Shown piece after piece: positions 36,932 to 45,997 of a stretch of 64,000 bases of DNA (positions within the stretch are counted from its first letter, which is position 1; the number at the start of each line of letters is the position of its first letter). The translations under genes and the position numbers were made by a program. The notes below the pieces were generated by a model. That model saw nothing but the letters and a program-made list of their open reading frames with translations, had not been told where the DNA came from and searched no databases. Origin of the DNA: Candidatus Versatilivorator sp. (GTDB lineage: Bacteria > Acidobacteriota > Terriglobia > Versatilivoradales > Versatilivoraceae); contig OZ242296.1 of NCBI GenBank assembly GCA_965207735.1, positions 3,200,001 to 3,264,000 on the forward strand. The letters are read 5' to 3'.

Positions 36932-39327
36932 TACATCAGAAAACTTGTAACTGCTCATTATAATAGACTTACTGTGGTTTGTCCTGTTGTAATCCCCTCA
37001 TTATATCCCTCTATTTGAACGGGAATCCACTGGACTATTCAGGACGTTGGTGGACGTAACTGTTCGGTCAAGGTGTGGAATACCGGTCGGTCGGCATCCT
37101 CCCCGCAGCGATCAAGCCACATTGCGTCGGTGTCGCCGCTGAGCCGCCATCGTAGCGGCTGGCCCCCCAGGTCAGGCCAGCCGAGAGTGCTCGCCAGCCA
37201 CGAAACCCCTCTACACGGCTGGCGAACCGACCATATCGTTCTGACTGCACGAGTTTCATCTCCGCTCTCTGCCCCCAGTCCCGATGGAGGTGGAAGGGGG
37301 ACGCTTCGTCGGTTGCTCGGTTAGCACAGAGGACAAACCCGCAGGAGGTCGAGCCCACAGCTTGACCGAACAGTTACTGGTGGACAGTCTTACGATCATT
37401 CGACCCCCGAGACTCTGCGTCCGGGAACGTCGAGCGGGGTGGCAAGCTGCCGGTGCTGCAGACCGGAGATGTCGGGTTGTGAGCATCCTCCAGCCTTGCC
37501 CTTCTCGGCCTCTGGCCATCTGTGGTCTTCTGTTCTTCGAGGGCTTCATAGACGAGGGCGCGCAGCCAGGAGCCGACGTCGAGGTGCCGCTGGATGACGA
37601 GGCGCTGGAGGCCTTCCCGCCAGGGATCACTGTGGAGGGAGCGACCCCCGAAAACGAGGGGCGGAAGGGTGGCCAGAGGCCTGGCCACCTTTCCACCCGC
37701 TCGTGGCGCACCAGCGGCAAAAATGAGGGGGTCGCTCCCTCCACTTCCTCCCCTCTCGTGCGGCGCGCCACCCCGCCGGGCGAGGGGGGGACGCGCGAGG
37801 CGCAGCCTCGCTTCGCTTTTCCGCAGCGGACGCGGGGAATCCGTGCCAACCCGCTTCCAATGCGGGTTTCCGGGCACAACCTGGACCACGACGGCGAGGA
37901 CTCCGCCCTCTGAGAGAGGAGCGTTGGGGTGGTCGAAATCATGTCCACCTTGGATGTCCACCCCGCCGTCTGAAAGGTGGACACCCCTACGACGCCACGT
38001 CCTTGACCCCCGGAGGCGGAAATCGTCGATCATGTCGCGGCCGTTGGAGGCCGGGTCTTCCTGCTCCCATTGGTCGATCTTCTCCATGACGACACCGAGG
38101 CCGCCATGGCGTTCGATCGTGTCCTGACCCCTGAATCCGCGAGCTTTGCGGGGGCTGGCTGGGCTTTCTCACTCCCTGGCATATCAGGACACCCCGGAAC
38201 GCCTCCTGGACCGATTCCCGTCTCAGGGACCGCAGGGACCGCCGCCTGTGGGGAAACCGGAATGGCCGGCTCGCTCAGCTGTCCCGGGGTCGCCATGCGG
38301 AGAGAGCGACCTCCGTGCGGGGGCAAAGGGTGTCCGGACTCCTGGCCGCCTTTGCCCTCCTCCGTGGCGCGCCAGCGCCGAAAAAGGGGGCGCTGTCACC
38401 GCCAGCACCCGTCTCGTGCGGCGCCGACGCGCCGGGCGAGGCGGGGACAGCGAGGCCGGCGCCGCAACGCGTAGTGCCGGGGAGCCAGCCTACCCAATGT
38501 AGTACATTGGCGCTGGCGAGGGGCTCCCGCCCCTTCGAACCCCCGACCGGGGGGAACTCCCCCTTGCCCCCCGTCATCCCCGCCGCTCCCTTCTTCCTCT
38601 GCCGGGAACTTGGAGCCTGGCTCTCACCCTGGTTTGCCCCGGGCAACCGATCCCCTGGGCCAGGTAACGCGCCCAGTCGTCCATCAGGACACGCCGGCGC
38701 TCGAACAGGTCCGAGCGGGCATAGGCCGCCTCGATCCGGTTCCGGACCACATGCGCCAGGGCCGCCTCGACCACCTCCCGGGGATGATCCGTCTCTTCGG
38801 CCGCCCAGTCCCGGAAGCTGGAGCGGAACCCGTGCGGCACGGCCGCAATCCCCTGCTCGCGGACCAGCCACCGCAGCTCCTTGTCATTGAGCGGCTTCCC
38901 TTGCCCGCGGGTGAACACCAGAGGACCGGCTCCTTCGCCCAGAGTCCGTGCCGCTTCGAGAATCCCCAACGCTCGGCCACGGACGACCAGGCGTTGAATC
39001 CAACTGCGGGTTCCGCTGGGCTGGACGAAGAGGTACAATCCGTTTCCATCGGCGTATCTACCGGGCGGAGCGGAGCGCAGGAAGGCAGCCGAGAGGGCGT
39101 TGCTGGGGTGACGGCCGGTGAGTTTGGTCTTAGGTCGGGCAGGAGCGAAGTCCGTTACCGTATCTATCCCCCCATATTATGGGGGATGGCAATGGATTTC
39201 AGGGGACGTTGGTAGCAAGTCAACCCACAGTAGAACTGGTCTAAGACACTCATAAATAACACAGTTATGGACTCTACTGGACGCCCCTAGACATCACTGG
39301 ATTTTATAGGGACGTTGCGGCGGCGGC
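36923..39327 (-). mobile_element. Decayed ~2.4-kb tyrosine-integrase element (integrative element remnant)
   Basis: Integrase pseudogene at the right end. Both termini are AT-rich and share motifs ATCCCC(T/C)CAT and TGGA...TTCAGG(GG)ACGTTGGT (about 36992-37051 and 39166-39213). Putative core GGCGGCG(A/G)C at 36923-36931 and 39319-39327. Confidence 0.65.
38574..39161 (-). pseudogene. P4-like tyrosine integrase with arm-DNA-binding N-terminus, internally deleted
   Basis: NALSAAFLRSAPPGRYADGNGLYLFVQPSGTRSWIQR is joined in frame to HGFRSSFRDWAAE...AALAH...AAYARSDLFERRR.LMDDW. The core-binding domain and first catalytic Arg are absent. The probable start reads ACG at 39161-39159. Confidence 0.9.
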
Positions 39328-39373
39328 AGCAAATGCCGGTGAGCCCAAGTGAAGCACAAGCCGACGCAATGAT

Positions 39374-39612
39374 GAGCCTTTTGCAAATATCGCAATCGGG
39401 AATGACATTGAGGCGGCAAGGATGATGTGCTGCAGGCTCCAGCATTCACCACGATAAGCACACGAGACAACAGAAAGCACAAAAGGCACAAAACGAGTTT
39501 CTTGATTTCGAGACTTGCCCATCCGATGGTTCTTTTTATGCTTTTTGTGGTTTTTGTGCCTTTTGTGGCCATTCCCGGCAAAGGTCCCGCTGGTGAATGT
39601 TGCAAAGGGCTC
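39374..39612. mobile_element. 239-bp MITE related to the IS at 9330-10816
   Basis: The first 55 nt match the IS left end at 45 positions; right end GAATGTTGCAAAGGGCTC; 4-bp target duplication TGAT at 39370-39373 and 39613-39616. Confidence 0.9.
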
Positions 39613-39691
39613 TGATGTTTATTTGAAACAACGCCTTGTGCCGGGTGGCGGAACATCCGTTCAAAATCAAACAAAGTTAGACGGCTAATTT

Positions 39692-39897
39692 ACATGGATG
39701 CACAGGATGGACAGGATTATTGGGCGAGAGTTTCCACCGTCATGAGTCCAACCATCGCCTCTGTTCCAACACAGATTTTCCAAGACCCGCTCCCAGGCTC
39801 TTGGATCAGTTCCAACAGCCGCCCGATCATCAAGCGGGTCTGCTTCTGTGGCACAGCCTCCCGTGCCGTTTATCCTGTTTATCCTGTGCATCCATGT
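39692..39897 (-). mobile_element. 206-bp element with 9-bp-periodic inverted ends enclosing a decayed GxxExxY-like gene fragment
   Basis: ACATGGATGCACAGGATGGACAGGAT and ATCCTGTTTATCCTGTGCATCCATGT are inverted copies (24 of 26). The minus strand reads MDAQDKQDKRHGRLCH, then after a frameshift KQTRLMIGRLLELIQEPGSG...EAMVGL. Confidence 0.65.
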
Positions 39898-40007
39898 TCA
39901 ATAAGTAGAAAACCGGTTTGGCACGACAGGGCCCTTGTTCCCGACAGGCCATGAAGACTCATTGTTTCACTCTTGTATGATCCGCCCGTCGTGGGGGGCG
40001 GGGGCCC

Positions 40008-40158
40008 GGCTTGCCTGAATCAGCAGAGCGACATCCCTTCGTGACCTTGCTATCCCGTCGCGGTAAGACTCAACGCCTTTGTGGCCCTTTGTCGTTCTTA
40101 GTGGCCCTTCGTGGATAACTCTTTTTCTTTTGTCTTTTTCGGTTGTTTCAGGCGAGCC
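40008..40158 (-). repeat. Inverted module A copy bounded by GGCTYGCCTGAA inverted repeats
   Basis: GGCTTGCCTGAA (40008-40019) and TTCAGGCGAGCC (40147-40158). The interior is a close reverse-complement match to 19149-19280. The 3' half of module A lies in direct orientation at 39961-40007. Confidence 0.85.
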
Positions 40159-42462
40159 AACGCGGCCGTCATCGCTCTGGCCTTGCTGGCGGGCGCCGGC
40201 TGCCGGGAACGTTCCGGAGAGCTCCTCCCGGCAGGCTACACCGGTAGGAAGGCTTGCCAACCCTGCCACCCCGAGGAGTACGCCGCCTACATCGGCTCCG
40301 ACCATGATCTGGCCATGGATCCGGCCAGCGACCGGACGGTTCTGGGCGATTTCGAGGAAGCCAGCCTGACCCACTTCGGAGTTACGTCCCGGTTCTACCG
40401 CCGAGACGGCAAGTTCCTGGTCTCCACCGAGGGAGCCTCAGGCGCCGTCGCAGAGTTCGAGGTCAAGTACACCTTTGGGGCAGACCCCCTGCAGCAGTAC
40501 CTGGTGGAGTTTCCCGGAGGGAAGCTCCAGTGCCTGCCCCTCTGCTGGGACTCTCGGCCTCAGGCAGAGGGCGGCCAGCGCTGGTTTCACCTCTACGACC
40601 GTGAACGCGTTGCTCCCGACGACCTTCTCTTCTGGACTCGGGTTTCCCAGAACTGGAACACCGCCTGCGCCGAGTGCCACTCCACCGGCCTGCGCAAGAA
40701 CTTCGACCCTTCCACCAACACCTACCGGACCCGCTGGTCCGAGGTGGACGTGTCCTGCGAGGCCTGCCATGGTCCGGGCGCGGCCCACGTGGAGTGGGCT
40801 CAGGCCCGGAAACGGGGGGAGCCCCGGCCGGATACCCCCGACCTGGGGTTGGCCATCCGTCTCAAGGAGGCCGAACCTGCCGTCTGGACCCGCGATGAGA
40901 GCACCGGCCGGCCCCGGCGCACTCCCCCTCTGGCTTCCCCTATCCAGCCGGAGATGTGCGCCCGCTGCCACTCGCGGCGCGGCCTCATCAGCGCGGACTA
41001 CGTTCATGGAGACTCCCTTCTGAACACCCACAACTTGAGCCTGCTGGAAGAAGACCTCTACTACCCCGACGGCCAGATCCTGGAGGAAGTCTATGTCTAC
41101 GGGTCCTTCCTGCAGAGCCGCATGGCGCAGAAGGGTGTGGTCTGCACCGACTGCCACGATGCCCACAGCGCCCGCCCCCGACTGGAGGGAGATGCGCTCT
41201 GCACCCGCTGCCACTCCGCCGAGACCTACGCCTCCCGCTCTCACCACCACCATCCGGCCGCCTCCAGTGGTGCCCGTTGCGTTGAATGCCACATGCCCGC
41301 CCGGACCTACATGGTGGTGGATCCACGGCGCGACCACAGCTTTCGCGCCCCGCGCCCCGATTTGACGGCCAAGATTCAGACCCCCAACTCCTGCAACGGC
41401 TGCCACCAGGACCGTTCCACCCAGTGGTCACTGGGACACTTTCAGCGATGGTACGGAACCGGCCCCAGAGAAAAGCACTTCGGCGAGACCATTGCCGCCG
41501 CTCGCCAGGGAATCCCCGACCAAGGGGTGGATCTCATCCGGTTGGCCCGGTCCCCCCGGCGGCCTGCCATCGTTCGGGCCACCGCAGTCTCACTGCTGGA
41601 GAACTATCCCGGGCGGGCCACCGCCGAGGCGCTCGGCACCCTGGCAAAGGATGCCAGCCCGCTGGTGCGGGCGGCGGCTGTCGAAGCCCTGGGACCGCTT
41701 CCGCCCCACCAGCGGGAACCCAGGCTACAGGCGGCCCTGGAGGATCCGGTGCGCCTGGTGCGCACCCTGGCCGGCCGGGCCCTGGCCGGGGCTGCCCCGG
41801 CTGGAGTTTCACCCCGGCAACGCCAGCTCAGAGCCTCGGCCGTCCAAGGGTATGAAAAGGTACAACAGCTCCATGCCGACCATCCCGGCGGGCACTTCAA
41901 CCTGGGGGACCTATACCGGGACCAGGGGGCCTTCGATCGGGCGGAAGCGTCCTACCGCCAGGCGATCGCCCTGGAGCCGGCCTTTGTCCCGGCCTATCTG
42001 AATCTGGCCGACCTCTACCGGGAGATGGACCGAGAGGCCGAGGGGAAGAAGCTGCTGGAGGAGGCACTGAAAACGGCCCCCGAGTCGGCCGCGGCACAAC
42101 ACGCCCTGGGCCTGCTGCTGGTCCGAACCGGACGACGCCGGCCGGCCCTGGACCACCTGGCCCGTGCCGCGGAGCTGGAGCCGGACAACAGCCGGTATGC
42201 CTACGTCTACGGGGTGGCGCTCAACTCCCTGGGAGAATCGGCCCGGGCGGTCCGTGTGCTGGACCAAGGGCTGAAATCCAGGTCTCATGACCCGGATCTT
42301 CTGTTTGCGCTGGCCACCATTCATCGGGACCGGAGGGAGTTCAGGAAGGCGCTGGCTCACGGCCGGCGGCTGCTGGCCCTCTATCCGGAGAACGCCGGTT
42401 ACCACCGTTTGGAAAGACAGCTACGGACTTTAGCCCGAATTCCTCGCAGGGGGGTGCAATAA
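40111..42462 (+). CDS. Octaheme c-type cytochrome lipoprotein with HEAT-like and TPR repeats
   Basis: Eight CxxCH motifs (CQPCH, CAECH, CEACH, CARCH, CTDCH, CTRCH, CVECH, CNGCH); lipobox-like LLAGAGC; SPLVRAAA and DPVRLVR HEAT-like motifs; TPR motifs such as NLGDLY...AEASYRQAIALEP. Confidence 0.92.
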   Translation: MDNSFSFVFFGCFRRANAAVIALALLAGAGCRERSGELLPAGYTGRKACQPCHPEEYAAYIGSDHDLAMDPASDRTVLGDFEEASLTHFGVTSRFYRRDGKFLVSTEGASGAVAEFEVKYTFGADPLQQYLVEFPGGKLQCLPLCWDSRPQAEGGQRWFHLYDRERVAPDDLLFWTRVSQNWNTACAECHSTGLRKNFDPSTNTYRTRWSEVDVSCEACHGPGAAHVEWAQARKRGEPRPDTPDLGLAIRLKEAEPAVWTRDESTGRPRRTPPLASPIQPEMCARCHSRRGLISADYVHGDSLLNTHNLSLLEEDLYYPDGQILEEVYVYGSFLQSRMAQKGVVCTDCHDAHSARPRLEGDALCTRCHSAETYASRSHHHHPAASSGARCVECHMPARTYMVVDPRRDHSFRAPRPDLTAKIQTPNSCNGCHQDRSTQWSLGHFQRWYGTGPREKHFGETIAAARQGIPDQGVDLIRLARSPRRPAIVRATAVSLLENYPGRATAEALGTLAKDASPLVRAAAVEALGPLPPHQREPRLQAALEDPVRLVRTLAGRALAGAAPAGVSPRQRQLRASAVQGYEKVQQLHADHPGGHFNLGDLYRDQGAFDRAEASYRQAIALEPAFVPAYLNLADLYREMDREAEGKKLLEEALKTAPESAAAQHALGLLLVRTGRRRPALDHLARAAELEPDNSRYAYVYGVALNSLGESARAVRVLDQGLKSRSHDPDLLFALATIHRDRREFRKALAHGRRLLALYPENAGYHRLERQLRTLARIPRRGVQ

Positions 42463-42520
42463 TGCACCGCAGTTCCCTGTGAGAAACACCATCTTAGGAA
42501 ACCCCTTCCAAGGAGGAGCC

Positions 42521-44032
42521 ATGCTGAACGTAATGATGGATCAGATAAGCCAGGTGGCCGGCCCCTATATTCCCCGGATTGCGGGTGCCTTGGGCATCCT
42601 GATCGTGGGGTGGCTGATTGCCTTGATCGTGGCCGCCCTCCTGCGGGCGCTGATGCGCCGCACCGGGATCGCCGGCCGGGTGGCGGCCTGGTTTGGCGGG
42701 GAGGGAGGGGCCAGGGACGTGCATGTCGACAACTGGGTCGGCAGGGGCGCCTACTACCTCATCATGCTGTTTGTGCTGGCGGCGGTGTTCCAGACCCTGG
42801 GTCTGACCATTCTGACCGAGCCGCTCAATCGGCTCCTTACCAGCATCTTCGAGTTCGCCCCCCGCATTCTGGGAGCGGGATTCCTCCTGATCATCGCCTG
42901 GATCCTGGCCTCGGTCCTGAGACTGGTCATTGCCAAGGTGCTGACTGCCGCCAGGCTGGACGAGCGGCTGAGAGGCGGCGTAGGAGCAGAGGACGAGCAA
43001 CGCCCCCCTCTGGCCAGGAGCCTGGCCGACGCCGTCTATTGGCTGATCTTCCTGCTCTTTCTGCCGGGAGTCCTCAACGCCCTGGCGGTGGAGGGACTGC
43101 TGGAACCGATTCAAGCCATGGTTGGAAAGGTGGCCGGATTCATTCCCAACCTGTTTACGGCAGCGGTCATCCTGGGCCTGGGATGGTTGATGGCCCGCAT
43201 CGTGCAACGGGTGGTAAGCAGTCTGCTGGCAGCCGTGGGGCTGGACACTCTCAGCGAGAAAGGCGGTCTCTCCACCGTGCTGGGAACCCAGCGGCTCTCG
43301 GGAGTGGTGGGGCTGGTGGCCTACATTCTGATATTCCTGCCGGTGGTGATTGCCGCCCTCAATGCTCTCCGGATGGAAGCCATCACGGTGCCGGCCAGCA
43401 ACATGCTCACCATGATCCTGGAAGCCATTCCGGCCATTTTCGGGGCCGTGCTGGTGTTGACGATCGCCTACCTGGTGGGCCGGGTGGTGTCGGGACTGGT
43501 CGCCAACCTGCTGGCCGCCGCCGGCTTCAACGGCATCCTGGCCAAGCTTGGCCTCGGCAAGGAAACCGACGACGGATCCCGGACCCCCTCGGCCATCGTC
43601 GGGACCCTGATCCTGGTGGCCATCATGCTGTTCGCCGTCACTGAAGCAGCCGGTCTCATCGGCTTCAACGTCTTGTCCCAACTGACTTCCCAGTTTCTGG
43701 TCTTCGCAGGCCGCATCATCGTCGGACTGGTCATCTTCGCCATCGGGCTCTTCCTGGCCAATTTCGTGCACCGGACGGTGCTGGCGGCCGGGGCCGCCCA
43801 GTCCCGCCTGCTGGCGCTCGGCGCCCGCATCGCCATCATCGTGCTGGCGGGCGCCATGGCCCTGCGGCATATGGGGCTGGCGGACGAAATCGTCAACCTG
43901 GCCTTCGGACTGGTTCTGGGAGCGGTGGCGGTAGCCCTGGCTATCGCTTTCGGTCTGGGAGGACGGGAATTTGCCGCGCGCCACCTGGAGGGCTGGCTGC
44001 AATCGATGAAATCGGAACAGGCGACGAAATGA
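42521..44032 (+). CDS. Multi-repeat TM_helix (CmpX / MscS-TM1-like) membrane protein
   Basis: ATG follows AAGGAGG; repeated [YF]IP.I.GA..IL..GWL.A units; terminal ALAIAFGLGGREFA. Confidence 0.85.
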   Translation: MLNVMMDQISQVAGPYIPRIAGALGILIVGWLIALIVAALLRALMRRTGIAGRVAAWFGGEGGARDVHVDNWVGRGAYYLIMLFVLAAVFQTLGLTILTEPLNRLLTSIFEFAPRILGAGFLLIIAWILASVLRLVIAKVLTAARLDERLRGGVGAEDEQRPPLARSLADAVYWLIFLLFLPGVLNALAVEGLLEPIQAMVGKVAGFIPNLFTAAVILGLGWLMARIVQRVVSSLLAAVGLDTLSEKGGLSTVLGTQRLSGVVGLVAYILIFLPVVIAALNALRMEAITVPASNMLTMILEAIPAIFGAVLVLTIAYLVGRVVSGLVANLLAAAGFNGILAKLGLGKETDDGSRTPSAIVGTLILVAIMLFAVTEAAGLIGFNVLSQLTSQFLVFAGRIIVGLVIFAIGLFLANFVHRTVLAAGAAQSRLLALGARIAIIVLAGAMALRHMGLADEIVNLAFGLVLGAVAVALAIAFGLGGREFAARHLEGWLQSMKSEQATK

Positions 44033-44059
44033 ACGGCGGGGGCGGATGAGAGATGCGGC

Positions 44060-45544
44060 TCAAATCTTGAAGGTCGCATCGGGCTGCATGGGGTAGATCT
44101 TGCGGCCCAGGCGCTTGAAGGGCAGCTTGGAGAAGTCCTGGGTAAAGACGCTGCTGGCGTCGACGTTGAAGATCGAGCCGGCGATGGCTTTGAAGCCGCT
44201 GCGAAAGTGGCCGGTGGACTTCACGCAAATATAGCGCATACGGGCGCAATCCAGTCCCAACCCACGGCTGAAGGCCAGATCCATGGGTTGGTGGCCCAGA
44301 GTGATGACCGCCACGTACACCCCGTCCTGCCTGAGCAGCACCGAATCCCCGTGGTCGCCTTCCAGGCCGGCGAACATGGGACCGTCATAGACGAAACGGC
44401 CGTCGCTCACCGCCACCACCTCGGCCCGCATGGGGACCGGCGGTCCCACCAGCGGGTGAGACTTCCCTCCGACCTCGACATCAACCCGGTTCCCGACACC
44501 GGCGCGGAGAGCTGTCCGGACGGTTTCCGGGTCGACGATATGGAGCACGACCGCGTCCTGCAACCGCCGCTCCAGGAAGAGGCGCAGAATCTCGGTGCTG
44601 TCGCTGGGCGCGCCGCCGCCCGGGTTGTCGGCCTGGTCGGCCAGGATAATGGGGTACTTCCCCAAGGCCTCGCCCTGTGCCAGGGCCCGGCCGGGTGAGA
44701 GAGGCTCGCGCTGCCAGGTCTCCTTGCGCTCCCAGATCCAGCGGGCCAGCTCGTCGGCCCTCCGCTGCGCTCCCGCCGGATCGTTGTCGGTGACGACCAG
44801 GGTGGAAGCCCCGGCGCAGTTGACGTCGGCCCACTGATAGCCGACTCCAACGCTGGCCGTCAGGACCCCCGGCTGTCTCTCCAGTTCATGCAGGCGGTCG
44901 ATGACCAGGCGCATGGGCTCTTCGGCGGTGATCATCTTGGCCGCCGCCCAGAAAAGGGGGATGGAGCGCCAGGCCAGAGTGGGGCGGATCTCTCCCCGCA
45001 CCGTCCGCACCATCATGTCGGCCGCTTCCACTCCCCGCTCAGCCATGTCCACGTGGGGATAGGTGTCCTCCACGATCAAGGCGGTGGCGTTGTCCACCAT
45101 GGTCTTGCCGATGTTGCAATGGAGATCGTGGACCCCAATGATCGGACAGCGGGGGCCTACCAGTTGCCGGACACTCTTCAGGATGTCCCCGTCGGCGTCA
45201 TCGATGCCCTCGGCGGAATAGGCCCCGTGCACGCTCAGGAGCACCCCGTCCACCGGGAAGGCCTCGCGCAAGAGCGCCAGCAGGGACTCCTTTAGAGCCT
45301 CGTGCGTCTCCCGGCTCGGCTGCTTTCCCGAAGCAGCATGGCGCCAGACCAGCGGGACCATCTCCACCTCTTGCCGCCGCAACTCCCTGATGAATCCGTC
45401 GATGATGGTGTTGACCTCACCCGAACGTTGCAGCAGCTCCTCGGGCCCACTGGAGCGGGAATGCCCGTAGAACTCCTCCAGAGGCGTCTCCACCGTGGAG
45501 TAGTTGCTGCTCTCGTGCTCTATACCGCCGATGGCAATGCGCAT
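44060..45544 (-). CDS. M81 family (MlrC-like) metallopeptidase
   Basis: Starts MRIAIGGIEHESS; motifs HGA, DADGD, DLHCN, YPHVD, DNPGGG..DST and KSTGHFR. Confidence 0.92.
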   Translation of the reverse strand: MRIAIGGIEHESSNYSTVETPLEEFYGHSRSSGPEELLQRSGEVNTIIDGFIRELRRQEVEMVPLVWRHAASGKQPSRETHEALKESLLALLREAFPVDGVLLSVHGAYSAEGIDDADGDILKSVRQLVGPRCPIIGVHDLHCNIGKTMVDNATALIVEDTYPHVDMAERGVEAADMMVRTVRGEIRPTLAWRSIPLFWAAAKMITAEEPMRLVIDRLHELERQPGVLTASVGVGYQWADVNCAGASTLVVTDNDPAGAQRRADELARWIWERKETWQREPLSPGRALAQGEALGKYPIILADQADNPGGGAPSDSTEILRLFLERRLQDAVVLHIVDPETVRTALRAGVGNRVDVEVGGKSHPLVGPPVPMRAEVVAVSDGRFVYDGPMFAGLEGDHGDSVLLRQDGVYVAVITLGHQPMDLAFSRGLGLDCARMRYICVKSTGHFRSGFKAIAGSIFNVDASSVFTQDFSKLPFKRLGRKIYPMQPDATFKI

Positions 45545-45575
45545 CCGAAACTCCTTTTCCGCCGCGACTTGCTTC

Positions 45576-45989
45576 TCACCCCAGTACTTCGAAAGCCAAC
45601 TTGCGACCGCGGCCGTAGCGGAAGACCGCGAAATCGTTATCAAAGGAGATGACCCGCGATATGCCAAGCCGTTCCATGAGCGCAAACGACGTTCGATCGA
45701 CAAGGGAGAAGTCCTGGTCGGGGAAGCGTTCGCCGATAGCCCAGGCACCCTCCAGGTCAGCCCAGGTTGTCTGTTCAATGGTCGCCGCTCCGTTTCTCAG
45801 ACCGGCCCAAAAAGTCTCTGCGGCGTTGGCAGAAATAAAATGGTGGAGGAGACGCCAAGTCTCAACCAGTATGTGGTCGCTGGTAACCAACGCTTCGTCA
45901 ATGGCAAGAAGGTGCTTCGCACGACCGTTGTGCTGGTCACCACGATCAGCGGCCGCGTACCAGGCCGAGCTGTCAACGAAGACGCTCAT
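45576..45989 (-). CDS. vapC: PIN-domain (VapC-like) toxin
   Basis: FVDSSAW, ILVET, FSLVDRTSFALM and SFDNDF provide the acidic PIN residues. Confidence 0.9.
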   Translation of the reverse strand: MSVFVDSSAWYAAADRGDQHNGRAKHLLAIDEALVTSDHILVETWRLLHHFISANAAETFWAGLRNGAATIEQTTWADLEGAWAIGERFPDQDFSLVDRTSFALMERLGISRVISFDNDFAVFRYGRGRKLAFEVLG

Positions 45990-45997
45990 GGCGGATC

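Noticed and set aside
37256-38890. Intact cargo genes in the integrative element
   Set aside because: The overlapping Pro/Arg/Gly-rich ORFs on both strands have no convincing starts or motifs, apart from a short RHH-like fragment.
36932-39373. tRNA or tmRNA at the integrase attachment site
   Set aside because: No cloverleaf or T-arm plus CCA end is recognisable at either terminus by eye; tRNAscan/ARAGORN would confirm.
45545-45778. N-terminal extension of the 572-aa M81 ORF
   Set aside because: It overlaps the PIN toxin gene; the family-typical start is MRIAIGG at 45544.
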